Below, in pieces: positions 50,094 to 63,711 of a DNA stretch of 64,000 nucleotides. The notes beneath the pieces are model-generated. The model was not told the origin of the DNA, ran no database searches, and saw nothing but the letters and a program-made list of their open reading frames with translations. The stretch is from Negaprion brevirostris. Taxonomy: Eukaryota. The stretch covers positions 122,230,341 through 122,294,340 of the forward strand of contig JARDVH010000001.1 of NCBI GenBank assembly GCA_030324005.1, written 5' to 3'. Position 1 is the first letter of the stretch. Every line of letters begins with the position of its first letter. The position numbers and the translations under genes are program-made.

Positions 50094-50402
50094 TTAAGGA
50101 CCCCACACACCCCAGACATTCTCTCTTCCACCTTCTTCCTTTGGGAAAAAGATACAAAAGTCTGAGGTCACGTACCAATCGACTCAAGAACAGCTTCTTC
50201 CCCGCTGCTGTCAGACTTTTGATTGGACTTACCTTGCATTAAGTTGATCTTTCTCTACATTCTAGCTATGACTGCAGCACTATATTCTGCACTCTCTCGT
50301 TTCCTTCTTTTTGAATGTTATGCTCTGTCCGTATAGCGTGCAAGAAACAATACTTTTCACTGTATGTTAATACATGTGACAATAATAAATCAAATCAAAT
50401 CA
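50094..50402 (+). mobile_element. Rex1/Babar 3' fragment
   Basis: High similarity to 48430-48727. Confidence 0.9.
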
Positions 50403-51121
50403 TGTACTGTATTCCAGCAGCTGCATAACCAGCCATAATTCCAAAACTCTACCCTGTTGGTGTAATCTTAATCAATTTAACATGATATCTAGTAAGACAC
50501 TGACAGTGGCACCGTGGAGATAAAAGTTACATTATGTATTGCAATTCTGTTCTACTCATATATTATTAAAATGGTCATTTCCTTCCTGGCAAACATCTCC
50601 TTTTCCCCCAGAATATAAGCACTGTTTTATTTTCATCATCCACTCAGCCCTTAAAGGGTGACTCACGCTAGAGTACAGTTTCACAAGTAAGACAGCCGCT
50701 GGGACCTCACTTGGGTGGCTATTATTTCTGTATGAGACCGTGCAGTGAATAAATCATTCCATCACGAGGATGCAGGAATGAGCCCAATGTTTTTCTAACA
50801 CCCACATATACAGACTTTGTAAGCAGGGTAGCAAATAGAAACAGGATTGACAGGAGACCTGTCTTCAGGCGGTGGAATGAAATTGAGTTGAGTTGGTTGT
50901 CTTTAAATAATTTTACAAAGTGATCCTAAATCATTTCTCATTGGCTAAACTCTGACATTATTCATAGTCAAAGATTCACGTGCTGCAATGACAAAGCCAG
51001 AGCTTTTCAACAACCTCTGAGGACCTCTTATGGCCAGGTCAGAGCCTTATATCAAATTGGTTTCAAAAGGCAAGCCTTTATGTGAAGATTGGAAATATCA
51101 GCTTCATGAAAGAGGGCCTTA

Positions 51122-51262
51122 AAGTTAAGTTTTATTTATTAATGTCACAAATAGGCGTACATTAACACTGCAATGAAGTTACTGTGAAAACCCCCTAGTC
51201 GCCACACTCCGGTGCTTGTTTTGGTACACTGAGGGAGAATTTAGCATGGCCTATGCACCTAA
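51122..51262 (-). mobile_element. V-SINE fragment with non-HE1 tail
   Basis: aatttagcatggcc V-domain end joined to tail also seen at 62497-62580. Confidence 0.7.
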
Positions 51263-51419
51263 AGAACCAGTTCATGGGAAGGAAGAGGGCTCCTTATTTT
51301 GTTGTCTACCCAAAGTAGAGTGACCTGTGTATGTATAATGCTTCAATCTCATTTCAAAAAGCTATTCCAGATCAGATGGGACAATAGCAATGATCTTGGA
51401 GAGCACACAATGCCTTTGA

Positions 51420-52050
51420 TATAAGTGTCTCAATTGACATCATAGGGGACAAACAGGTAGTAACATAACAATTAGGGGAGATGACTAAGGGATAAGTTTT
51501 GTGGAGGTTTTTGAAGGACAGGAGAGAATTAACAAGTTAAAGAGGTTTAGGGAGTTATAGTTTTGAATACCAAAGCGTTTAAAGCTGAAGGTTGTGCCAT
51601 TAATGTCCAATGGGAGATGTGGATTGCACATGAAGCCAGAATTAGAAGACCATAGGATTCATGGAGAAGCACGACTTTGTTATATATCCCCCATGGTCTG
51701 CTCTGCTCTACTCTATTTCTGCACATTTCCAGAGGCAAGAATTTACAATTCAATGTGCTGAGGAACACGGAGCCATTCAGGATTGGTGAGGACAAGGTTA
51801 ATAAACCAAATGACTTGGTGTGAACTTTGGGTGAGTTGGGTTCATATAGGATGGAACTTGGGAAATCAAGAAGGACATTGGAGAACTCGTGCCTGGAAGT
51901 AATGAAAGCAAAGATGGAAAGGATATGGAGTTTGAAATGCAACCCAAGATTGAAGCAGATGCCAATGCTTCACATTAAATATGAGCAAATAGAATAGAAA
52001 CAATACAAGAGTCTGGAGTATTTAGCAGGAGTGAAATAGCTTGTTTCAAT
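51420..52050 (-). mobile_element. Highly decayed L2 LINE remnant
   Basis: gaggtttttgaagga...gaggtttagggag 3' pattern; AFITSRHEFSNVLL like L2 AFITSRLDYCN. Confidence 0.55.
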
Positions 52051-52459
52051 TTTGTCAATGTTAAATTATAAAACAAAAAAACACCTTATTACTGCCCTTT
52101 TGAGACTGATATATAAAATTCCCTTTGAAGTACTAATTCCTTTAGTATTCCCAAACAGAGTTGTGGTTGTAGATCATAAAAAGATGGTTCCTCGAGAGTC
52201 TTCACTTAGGAATCTTGTTGATAAGCAGCTGCTGTGATACTTAGATCCAATATTTTTGAAGAAAGTAGAAAGGAAGAGGCTGGATTTTGCTCCTCGGGGA
52301 ATTGGCTTTGTAGAGATGGTACAAGATTGCAAACTGTCCATATGCTCGAGGACCCCACTTCCTGTGTTTGAGAGGTGAACTTGTTGAAACATATGAAATC
52401 CTGAGGGGACATGCCAAGGTGGATGCTGAAAGGATGTTTTGCCTTGTGGCAGAGACTAG

Positions 52460-54860
52460 GCCCGCAATTCTCCCCTCCCACTGTGCCAAAAAATTAGGAG
52501 AATCCTATGGCAGCTGATTTGTGTGGTTTGTGCTAGCGTTCACACCCTGCTTGCGTCTCCCAGTACTGGATTTCCGATGGCATCTGCTCCATGCCGGAAT
52601 CGGCAGGGAGACACAGAAATGATTTTAAAATTTCTCTACAGTTTAAATGAGATTAGTGGGCACGGGACTGAAGTCTCCAGGCCTGCTAGCCTTTCTCACC
52701 CCGCCAGAGTGTTTCACTCCGGGGGGATCACTTTTGGGGAATTAGTGTTATAAAGCAGAGGTTGATCTCCCCTCTGAGAACCCCCAAGAGGAGTACCTCA
52801 CCTCATAATCTGTAAAAGTGTGTGCGAAGTGGTGTGACCTGCTCTGCAGCAACTTCTTATGGTTACATACAAAAAAACCCGATACAGAATGTTGGTTAGG
52901 CCGCATTTGGAGTACTGCGTACAGTTCTGGTCACCTTACTACCGGAAGGATGTGGAGACTCTGGAGAGAGTGCAGAGGATGTTGCCTGGTGTGGAAGGAC
53001 TGGGGTATGAGGAAAGATTGAATNNNNNNNNNNNNNNNNNNNNNNNNNNNNNNNNNNNNNNNNNNNNNNNNNNNNNNNNNNNNNNNNNNNNNNNNNNNNN
53101 NNNNNNNNNNNNNNNNNNNNNNNNNNNNNNNNNNNNNNNNNNNNNNNNNNNNNNNNNNNNNNNNNNNNNNNNNNNNNNNNNNNNNNNNNNNNNNNNNNNN
53201 NNNNNNNNNNNNNNNNNNNNNNNNNNNNNNNNNNNNNNNNNNNNNNNNNNNNNNNNNNNNNNGGGTCGTACTGGGGCTGCTCTTGGTTGTTCGAGATTGG
53301 CCTAGTGCTTCATGTCGTTAGTGTGTGCCTAAACTGGGCAAGATACTGGGCAAGACGACAGCTCAGTGACTATCACTGATTGCTGTGCGGACACATAGAT
53401 TTGGGCCGGTGTCTGTGGGAGTCTAACTAACAATGAAAAATTAACTAAACTATTAACAAACCAAATAAACCCCTTCTAACTATTAAATATTCCAGAATAA
53501 AACAAGATTCTAATGGTATGCTATTCAAATAAATACAATTCCCACTCATTAACAAAAATACTCTCTAAATTACAACCAGGTTTTTGTATCCTCCAGAATA
53601 TTCTAGGCCTTCTCTATTGATTCTTCTTTCTTCTTTGGTACCCTTTTTGTCTAGACCGTGTTTTCACTAAGACATAGATGAAGCTATGAGAGCCAGCGAT
53701 TCTCTCTCTCTCGAGTTGAGAGTTGTTAGCTCTGGCAGGTGGCAGTTGCTGTACCACCTTTGTCCCACTGCCCCTTTATCAATATTTCCCACAATAGGAT
53801 TGGTCCTAGGTTGTCAAAACCGTCAGATTTAAATTTAACAGGTTTTTGGTATCTAAGTGCCTGATTCAAATTGATTGGCAAAATTCAGAAGCCTGTTGTC
53901 TTGGTAACACTGCTGCTTGGCTGTTCGATACAAATGTTTCAGTTTGGGCACTCAATATACTTGCATTTTAAAATTTTACAAACACCAAATTATAACTTCC
54001 TACTTCCCAATCTGAAATCTCTCTACCCAACTTCACAACATTAGTGGCCCAACTCCACTAGAGTGGAGGGTGGCAATCGGGGCCCCCCACCATGCCCCCT
54101 TGGGCATGGGCATCCTGGCAGTGCCAGCCTGTGTTCACGGCACTGCCAAAGGGGCAAAGTGCAAATGCCCAGGGCCACCTTGACAGTGCCCATTGGGCAG
54201 TGCCAAGATGGTGGAGTCTAGAGGTGGAGCCTGATGGGAGGGGCTTAGGGGCGATTGGTGGGGGATCCCGCTGCCACTCTGCCTAGGGATTGGTTGGGGA
54301 AAGAGGGAGGCCAGCGATTGGGGCNNNNNNNNNNNNNNNNNNNNNNNNNNNNNNNNNNNNNNNNNNNNNNNNNNNNNNNNNNNNNNNNNNNNNNNNNNNN
54401 NNNNNNNNNNNNNNNNNNNNNNNNNNNNNNNNNNNNNNNNNNNNNNNNNNNNNNNNNNNNNNNNNNNNNNNNNNNNNNNNNNNNNNNNNNNNNNNNNNNN
54501 NNNNNNNNNNNNNNNNNNNNNNNNNNNNNNNNNNNNNNNNNNNNNNNNNNNNNNNNNNNNNNNNNNNNNNNNNNNNNNNNNNNNNNNNNNNNNNNNNNNN
54601 NNNNNNNNNNNNNNNNNNNNNNNNNNNNNNNNNNNNNNNNNNNNNNNNNNNNNNNNNNNNNNNNNNNNNNNNNNNNNNNNNNNNNNNNNNNNNNNNNNNN
54701 NNNNNNNNNNNNNNNNNNNNNNNNNNNNNNNNNNNNTCACGCTGGTGCCTCTGCAATGCACAGAGTGTGGGAAATTCTTCTTTGAACTCCTACTGAACAA
54801 AACATTGTGAATTATTCACGCAATTTCAACACTTAGAACTTTTTTGGGAGAATTCTGGCC
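52460..54860. mobile_element. Non-autonomous TIR element with 3-bp TSD (Harbinger-like)
   Basis: gcccgcaattctccc ... gggagaattctggcc; TAG duplicated at 52457-52459 and 54861-54863. Confidence 0.75.
52746..54040 (-). mobile_element. Solo LTR with 4-bp TSD
   Basis: Starts TGTTA, ends CAACA; TTAG at 52742-52745 and 54041-54044; contains a gap and a CR1 piece (52880-53023, [21 protein letters not shown]). Confidence 0.7.
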
Positions 54861-55487
54861 TAGGTCTAGGGGACAACATTTAAAAATAAGGAGTCTTCCA
54901 TTTAAGGTGGAGATGAGGAGAAAATTTCTCACTCTGAAGGTCATTAATCTTTGGAATTCTCTTCCCCAGCAGTTGAAGCTGGGTCACTGAATGTATTCAC
55001 GTCTGAGTTAGGCAGGTTCCTGATTGATGAGGAAATTAAAGGCTATAAGAGGTTAATCAGGAAAGTGGAGCAGAAGCCACAATCAAATCAACCATCAAAT
55101 AGCCTACTCCCAATCTGTGTCTTCATATGTATGTCACTAATGTCTTTCCTAATAAGAGAAAGAGATTCTTTCCACTATCGTTATCAATTTAAAAAGCAAA
55201 GCAAGCCAAAGAAGAAGACAGGCAGGTAAATATGTGGAACAAATTACAGCAAACTACAAAACTGAAACATCCAACTAATACTAAAATATTCAATGCTTCC
55301 CTCGAGTTCCAAAATTGGTAAGTTTATGGTAATAAGTATTCATTCTAATTGCTCTTCATCTCACCAGGTACATTGAAGGCACAAGCTAATTGTGTACTGT
55401 TCTGATTCATATCTGCATGGGACTGCCTGTGCTCAGCCATTCTGCTGATTCTGTAGAGTTCTTTGGCCAGAAATCAACAGATACAAA

Positions 55488-55775
55488 TTTTGATTTGATT
55501 TATTATTTCACATGTATTGTTATACAGTGAAAAGGTATTGTTCCTTGCAAGCTATACAGACAAAACATACTGTTCATAGAGTACAAAGGGGAGAAGGAAA
55601 GGAGAGGGTGCAGAACATAGTGAACAATAGTAGTTAAGGTGTAGAGAAAGATCAGCTTAATATAAGGTAGGTCCATTCAAAAGTCTGATGGCGGCAGGGA
55701 ACAAGCTGTTCTCGAGTCAATTGGTATGTGATCTCAGACTTTTGTATCTTTTTCCCGACAGAAGAAGGTGAAAGT
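55488..55775 (-). mobile_element. Rex1/Babar 3' fragment
   Basis: ttgatttgatttattatttcacatgtatt reverse tail. Confidence 0.9.
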
Positions 55776-57619
55776 GAAAACGTCCAGATACACAGAGACT
55801 TGCTAACTCACTGTTGTTGGTTTGTTCAGATGAGGTTTCAGCTGGACCAAGTGGGAACTTTTAAAAGTTTGCATTGGTTTTAGTTAACTTTCAGTCAATG
55901 TATTGCAAGGCTATTGCAATGTATTGCAAGGCCGATTATCTGCCGTAAATCCAATGGGACTGCACAACGGTCATTTTTCTGGGCTCTTCCGTTGATGTTA
56001 CATTAACCAATTCAGGAAAACTCTGTGGAAATTCATCCTCTATATTTTCCAGGTCTCTTGTCTTCATGACAAAATTGGATCTGGCTAACCTCAGTGTAGA
56101 GTTGCACAGTTTACATCAATGTACTGTTGAAACCACTTTGCATTTCTGCTATTTGTGTAACCTAACAAGTGAGCAAATGACAGTCTTTTTGTAATCTACA
56201 CTTTGAAGTGCAGAAAAAAACAAATGGTAATGATCAGCAATAGATTTGTGTGTGAGGCTCTGTAGATGTGCCAGTTACATGTGCAGCTTGCCATAGAAGG
56301 CAGGCAAAGGCAGGTTGAACAAAGATCAATGGGTTGAGATATGCCCCAGTTCCTCCACTATCACTGGAGTAGCAGAGACGTCAGGGAGGCCTGAGAGACA
56401 GGAGACAGGTGTTGTTAAAGACAGATGCTCCTGATTACACCCTTTAAAACAAATAAAACACAGGTTTAGCGCAGAGTCCCACTTTGTCAGACACACCCAA
56501 AAACAAAATTTCAACCTCCCACCATTTGAATCGTTATGCCAAATAGTTCCTCCCATATCTGATTCCACATGTGGAGTCCAGCACATTGAGTAGCTGTAGG
56601 AAATCTGAATTGATTATCTGGTTAGAATATATAATATTAGAGTAACCCAAGAGAAATTGCAAGAGATGATTGTTTAATATATATAAAGGTGATAAAATGT
56701 AAATCACCAAAGACAGATTGCTATCCAGAGCACCCTAACTTCAATTCCCACCACAGGCTGTGTATTCCTAGATTGCTGAATAGATTTCATTCTGTTTTAC
56801 TGGGGTGAGGCAGGTGGACCAAGCACAAAGCTTTGTGATGTTTGAAGTTTCCATATGGTGCAGAGTGCCATTAGCTGCATTGCAGGCTTCACATGTAAAT
56901 TCTCACATGTTACCAGGAGGGCTTCCAGTCCCTCCACATTCAGCCCTTACGTGACCACACTGAGTGCACCGGGCATGCTTAATGCTGGTATCCCTGCAGC
57001 CATTCTGTAGCAGTCTGCTGCACCTTCTATATTTAAGCCCCATGGCAAAGCAGAGAAATTCTCTTGGGTGACAAGAGTTACCCTCTGATGATACTGCTCC
57101 TGACTCCAATGTGCAACCTATGCATTTATGGAGAGCATAAATACATTGAAAGACATTGGGGGGGGTTTAAACAATGCTTCTGCTGTCTGGAGAAACCCTG
57201 CATCAAACAAAAGAGAATGTATCAAGATTCACCATGATTAGCTGCATGCTACATTACAGGGACAGGGTCTGGGTGGGATTGTTGTCAGTGTAGGCTCGAT
57301 GGTCTGAATGGTTTCATTTGATACTGTCGGGTTTCTATTCTATGGCTGGTGGACGGCTGCCGGTGTTCGACAGGAGAGTCTGCAGATGGTCGAATTCTAG
57401 CAGCTCTAACTTTGCAAACCCAGCTCTGGACCACACCACAGTGATATAAGTGGCAGCAGGCTGACTGCCCAAGGGGCAATAGCAAGTGAACTGGCAGGTT
57501 GGCAGGGGTAGAAGGATGACTGCTGCTCCCTGCGAAGGGATAGAAGGGTTGCGCTCCACAGAGCCACTGTCAGGCCTCCAGCTGGGTACCTCAGCAACCC
57601 TAGCAATGGGTTGAAAGTC

Positions 57620-57977
57620 ACATTGCTGGACTGGTCAGACAGCCTTCAATGCTCTGGGGACCTGGGTTCGAAACCCACCATAGCGAATTCATAGAGTAAA
57701 TTTCAACTCAATCAAAATCTGGAATGAAATGTCTAATAATGACCATGAAGCCATTATCACTATTCATAAAACCCATCGGGTTCCCCAATGTCCTTTAGGG
57801 AAGGAAATTTATCGTTTTTACCTGATCTGCCCTATTTGTGACTCCAGACTCACAGCAATCTGGTTAACTCTTAAATGCTCTCCAGAATGGCCCAGCAAGC
57901 CACTCATTAAAGGGCAATTAGGGATTTGCAATAAATGTTGGCCCAGCCAGTGATGCCCACATCCCCATGAATAAAAG
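57620..57977 (+). mobile_element. tRNA-head SINE (same family as 37515)
   Basis: gggttcgaaacccacc B box; gggaaggaaat body; tail gatgcccacatccccatgaataaaa. Confidence 0.85.
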
Positions 57978-59224
57978 ATTCTGAGCCAGCATGGCATCAA
58001 AGTGAGATTGCATGATTCCACAGTAAATGAGATGAACAGAGAAATAAATGACAATCCATAAAATAAAATTGAAACTGCAGAGCCCCTGGCTCCATCGCTG
58101 GTGGAATGATGGAGTGCAATCCCATTGATCTGTACCGACAGATTCTCCTCCAGATGGCACACGTGCCAGCTGATTCCCAGGACATTGAAAAGACTGAGTA
58201 TTGCTCCATGCAGCAGTGATCACTGGGAAGGGCTTAACAGAAAATGTGCTGAGGAAATCTGCATCTCCTAAAGGAACTACCCAACATTTCTGCATGGTAA
58301 TCAACTCCACTGAAGCCAATTCCCTCCATCATTTGCATATTTGTAGATTAAAAAATGTAGTCAGAGCCTTTGCTACCATCTGACTTCATTTAATTACCAT
58401 TCAGATAACTTGCCTTATCTTATGCTTTGAGTTAGCCAAGTTATTTTCTTCAGTTATGTCTTAACAATTGTCCCGCCTCTTCTAAAATGTTTCCATTCTC
58501 ACCAATCACAATTAAAATTTCTCTTCCTCATCCTTTGTTAACAAATTCCCATCTGACATTCTGATCATCTCTCTCCCTACATGTGATTCTGCACTGTGGT
58601 AATCTGCTTGGTCCTCGTTAATTTGATTTTGGTTTAGTAAACTGCTCCTTGTCCAGCTATGACGAGGACAATACTGTCTGACACCTTATTAAATAACAGA
58701 AGTCCTATTCCAATCATTGCATCCAGAAAGAGGAATTTTTGAACCCTCAGTAAGGAAAACTCACTCCCACATCAATTATTCTCTCTTTAATTCCAAATGA
58801 TAATTATTTTAATTCATGGTCCTATTTCAAAGCCCACTGTTTTGAGAATACAAAGGGTTTGCATCAACTGTAAGGAAGTACCCAGCACTTGGTGTGGATA
58901 CATTAAATTGGCAAAAAATGGATTATGATTACAGTGAAGTAACAGATTTAGAAAGGTATATAACATTCTAATTTTCTCTTAATAAGACTTGCTGGATGTA
59001 GCTCCATGGGAATTAACAGTCCTATTAACTCAGCCAATGTGATAAGTGTTGTTAGACAATCTCATGTTGTCTCTGACAGTCAGGTACAATCAATTTCTAG
59101 TAGTGGCTCACTGGATAGCAGCCAAAAGCTGGAATCCTAGCTGAAAGGTACCAAAATAAAGTGTACAGCTCATAGCACCACTTGTTGATCACAACTACTA
59201 ACTCAGCACAGACTGGCAACTGCC

Positions 59225-59650
59225 ATCTCCAAATTTGCAGATGATACAAAGTTGAGTGGGAGGGTGAGCTGTGAGAAGGATGCAGAAATGCATGATTTGG
59301 ACAGGCTGAGTGTGTGGGTCTATGCATGGTAGATGCAGTATGATGTGGATAAGTGTGAGATTATTCACTTTGGTAGCAATAATACGAAGGCAGATTATTA
59401 TTTGAATAGTTGTAAATTGAAAGAGGTGGCTACACAGTGAGACCCTGGTGTCCTTGCGCATCAGTCACAGCTACAGCAGGCAATAAAGAAGGCAAATTTT
59501 ATGTTGGTCTTCATAGCAAGAGGATTTGAGTACAGGAATGTTTTACTGCAGTTGTATAAGGTGTTGTGAGGCGACACATGGAGGATTAACATCCTTATCT
59601 GACGAAGGACATCTTTGCTATAGATGGAGTGCAGCAAAAGTTTACCAATG
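59225..59650 (+). mobile_element. CR1 LINE RT fragment
   Basis: ISKFADDTKLSG...WQMQY.VDKCEIIHFG-like text. Confidence 0.9.
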
Positions 59651-61079
59651 GTTGCTACAAGTTACATCATTCACAAGATCGGTTCTGGAAGCTTCCAACA
59701 GTGATTAGAGGAAGAAAAGAGTTCTCTACTTATCCTTGTGAGGTGATAACGAAGACAGGGACATTAAAACCTCTACTACCTGAAGAAGTGTTAACAGTCA
59801 CCATTTCACTGCTAAGAGAAGCAATGGATTTTGGCCTGAGGCACAGAAACTGCATGCGAAATTGCAATGAACTCATCAATAGGCCACATCATATGACACC
59901 AATGCATCTAGTCTCCTGGACCATTTTAATATTACATTTCTAGCCTCCCAATTCAGCCTACTGATTACTTCCAACCCAAAAAGAACAACAGCAAGGCCAA
60001 ACACTCGTGCCACAGAAAGCTGATTGTCCTGAATCCTCATTCAGTTTCATTCTGCTATCTCCAACCAGAAACTTATCTGAACTGCACTCCAAAGGAAACA
60101 CCCTCTGGACTTTGATTTTCTGGATGCTGGAAATCAAGTGAACCAATATTCATTTCTCTGCTTATTTTATTGTTGCTATCCATAGTTGTAAAAACATTCT
60201 CTTTTCTATACCCCTTACTGTATATGTACTTGTATGTGCAAAGTTACAAACTTCATCAGAAGTTGAAACTTTCCAGACAATTCCTGCAGAATCCTTGCAT
60301 TATGACTTCCCAGGGGTCCTCTGGAGTACCTTCTGGGATACCTCTGGGGACCAGAAGATCTGGGTCTTATGTCATCCTATGCAGAGCGAGTGGAAGGTAC
60401 TGTCAAAATGACAGAGTAAACCTGAACCTGAAATTTTGAAAGTAGATCAAAATCACACTTATCTCTCTCTCTCCCAAAACCTGATTATTAAGGTCACATC
60501 AAAACTTCTGCCACTATCTTGATAATAAAATATAGTCTAAGAGATACAGGCAAAACACTCAAGAAACAAACTGGATTGGCAGTGTTAATGGTGTAATGGG
60601 TTCAACTTGTTTTACAATCACTGTTTTGCCAATGAAAGCTGAAGATCCAGTCACTCTGATGAGATATTTTGCAATGGTGATAATCGGGACTCCTATGCCC
60701 AACTGCTTTATAAAAGGGTATTCATGTTTTTGATGTCTGTCTTTCAAAATAAAACATACACTGGGCAATTATATAACATCAAGTCGATCCTGGTATTAAG
60801 TCTCATCTCTGAAGGTGAGTATGGTTTCAGGCATGTAGCAGTATAATCCAGTAGTAGGCTAATTATTGAATCACCATTTACAACTGCTGAATCTTCTGTA
60901 TCACGTTCCATATTCACTCATAGTTCCAGAAAAAGTATGTTTATTAATTGCACTTGTGCATATACTCATCAAAGGAAATGAGAAAGAAGGGAAGCTTTAC
61001 AAGAGACCTTATTAAACGTAGTGAGATGTGGAAATCGCTACTCAATTGGTTCACCTAAATTGTGCTATTCCATTAGAAG

Positions 61080-61280
61080 TGACTTTGTCATTGTCCTCTC
61101 CATTTTCCACAAACCTCCTCAATTTCCAAGCCATTTGGCATTAATATTCTCTACCTTCCTTTTTTTTCCCATGGAATCTCCTTCCATTGCATCTCTTACT
61201 AGGGTTCCCTCTCAAGATGTGTCCAAGCCACTCTCTCCGCCTTTTCCTGATTATGTTCTGCAAATTTCTCTGATTATTCA
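61080..61280 (-). mobile_element. RTE/RTE-X LINE C-terminal fragment
   Basis: LQNIIRKRRREWLGHILR...GKK.EGR. Confidence 0.7.
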
Positions 61281-61380
61281 NNNNNNNNNNNNNNNNNNNN
61301 NNNNNNNNNNNNNNNNNNNNNNNNNNNNNNNNNNNNNNNNNNNNNNNNNNNNNNNNNNNNNNNNNNNNNNNNNNNNNNNN

Positions 61381-61700
61381 CTTGTGAGGGTAGAACCTGG
61401 GTGAGATTGTGGTTGGTGCAGACTTGATGGGCTGAATGGCCTCCTTCTGCACTGTAGGATTCTAAATCTCCCCTCAGCCTCCAGTGAAAACAATCCTAGT
61501 TTATTCAACCTCTCCGCATAGTCAACACTCTCGAGAACAGGCAACATCCGGGTGAACCATCTTTGCAATCTCTCCAAAACTTCCACATCCTTCTGGTAGT
61601 GTGGTGACCAGAACCGCTCCCAATACTCCAAATACAGCCTGACCAAGGTTTTGTGTAGTGGTAACACAATTTCCCAACTCTTGTGCTCAATATGTGTCCT
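61381..61700. mobile_element. HE1 tail (61381-61465, plus) abutting CR1 fragment (61466-61700, minus)
   Basis: gatgggctgaatggcctccttctgcactgtagg; LVRLYLEYWERFWSPHYQKDVEVLERLQRWFTRMLP. Confidence 0.85.
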
Positions 61701-62274
61701 GGCCTGCTGGAGTTTCTGGTTAATGATGAACCAGATCATTATCCAATAAAACATCCCAGTGACAGGAGATAAAGAGCAGAGCAGAAAACAGGTTCCTCCA
61801 ACACAGGCTCATCTGGAACCTTCTCCCTGAGATCAAGACTGATAGACTCCAGAAATGAGGATATATCAAACCAAGTAATCTCCTCGAATCAGAGAGGAAA
61901 TGCAGCGAAATGCTAAATTAAATTCGTTATTGGACACAACGGCGCACTTTCATTCCTCTTCTATTGACACGGTCCAGACACACTTTAGACTCAACCTCTT
62001 GGCAGCTGTGTCTCCTGTGATGTTCAGCAAGTTGAGATACTGCGCAAGATGAAAGGAAATGAAGATTTGAAATTAATTATTCCAAAAATAAAGATTGTGT
62101 GATACACCCTCAGGTCAGCGCTGCAATAAATCCAACAGCTCCTCACGTCACTTGGCAATCTACCTCCTTCCCAATCTTAGCAAAACCCACCCCCCTCTCC
62201 GACATTCGCACCTCCTCCCACACACACACGTATGTGCATGTACACGTAGAGTAACAGCTTGTACTTATACATGC

Positions 62275-62480
62275 CCTGTAATGGAACAGAGCGTCCCAAA
62301 GCTTTCCACGGGGGCATTATAAAATAAAATGTGACACGGAGGGACATGAGGTGGCTAGGGGCATGGTCAATGAGATTGGCCTTAAGCAGCACGTTAAAAT
62401 AGAATAGAGAGGTCGAGAAGTGGGAAGGTTTTGAGAGGGAATCCCAGAGCACGGAGCCCAGCCAACTGCAGGGCACTTAG
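62275..62480 (-). mobile_element. L2 LINE 3' end
   Basis: LGSVLWDSLSKP..STSLFYFNVLLKANL; cccaaagctttccac tail. Confidence 0.7.
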
Positions 62481-62580
62481 GGATGGGTAACAAATAAAGG
62501 AAAGTTTATTTATTACTGTCACAAGTAGGCTTGCATTAACACTGTAATGAAGTTACTGTGAAAATCCTCTAGTCGCCATA

Positions 62581-63005
62581 CAAGGATCTACAAAAGGTCG
62601 CAAGTGTAGCCCAATCCATCACGCAAATCGGCTTCCCATCCATTGACTCTGACTACACTTCCCGCTGTCTCGGCAAAGCAGCCAGAATAATTAAGGATCT
62701 CACACACCCCGGACATTCTCTCTTCCACCTTCTTCCCTCGGGAAAAAGATACAAAAATCTGAGGTCACATATCAATCAACTCAACAGTAGCTTCTTCCCT
62801 GCTGCTGTCAGACTTCTAAATGGAACTATCTTATATTAAGTTGATCTTTCTCTACACCCTGGTTAAGACTGTAACATTAAATTTTGTGCTCTCTCCTTTT
62901 TGTCTTTCCTATGTACTCTATGAATCTATGTTTTGTCTGTATAGCGCACAAAAACAATACTTTTCACTGTCCACTAATGTATACTAATACATGTGACAAA
63001 TCAAA
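62581..63005 (+). mobile_element. Rex1/Babar 3' fragment
   Basis: High similarity to 48315-48727. Confidence 0.9.
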
Positions 63006-63711
63006 ATAACTTCTTGCAACTGTTCTAGTTCTTTTCCTCTGAATATTTGAATATTCTTCGCTGCTTTTGAGATATGCACCGCTTTGATTTTGTCAATGTT
63101 CATTTTCATTCCAAAGTTCATATGTTCTGTTACTAGTCTGTCTATCTAATTCTTGTAATCCTTCTGTGCTTGCTATGAGACATAGACAACACTATGAGGC
63201 AAGGAGCTGCCTTCAGGCAGAGTGTGCACCGTGTGCTGACAGTGACGAGGAGTGAGCAGACCTTTCATTGGAGGTCATTATTGAGATTGTTTCTCTTCTT
63301 CCTTGCAAATATCAGTGAAAAGACAACACCCTGGGCACTGTAATGTAGCAAAATGGATGACTTTATTTTTAAACAATTAGATGTTTAACTTTGTTCCAAG
63401 CCAAGCAAAATACTAGCAGTCTAAAATTCATTATAAACGACCATGCTTTTTATTATTGAACCATTTAAAGAACTCCTCTTTTCAGCTCATATCTCGACTT
63501 CTACTGTCCACGGATCTACTCAACTCCTGTCCAAATTAAATTAAATAATTAACTTTAATTAAAATTCCCTGAATAGTGCTTCAATAGGTATTGATTAGCA
63601 GTAAATTACAGAGTGACTAATCCCAGCTGGATATAAGAAAGATCCTGCTTCAGGCATATAATCATTAAGTGGGCCAAAAGCAGTGAGAGAGACTACATCC
63701 TGAGAGACATG

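Larger units (their letters stand above)
52230..55130 (+). mobile_element. CR1 3' fragment hosting nested insertions
   Basis: RLRGELVETYEILRG..KVDAERMF before 52457; resumes gtctaggggacaacatttaaaaataagg at 54864. Confidence 0.8.

Noticed and set aside
54135-54800. Long ORFs in the track (also 20957-21364, 29730-30158, 52859-53305)
   Set aside because: Length is due to N runs
59668-59715. IGSGSF..TVIRGR resembling a kinase glycine-rich loop
   Set aside because: Needs a frameshift and no VAIK, HRD or DFG motifs follow; likely chance
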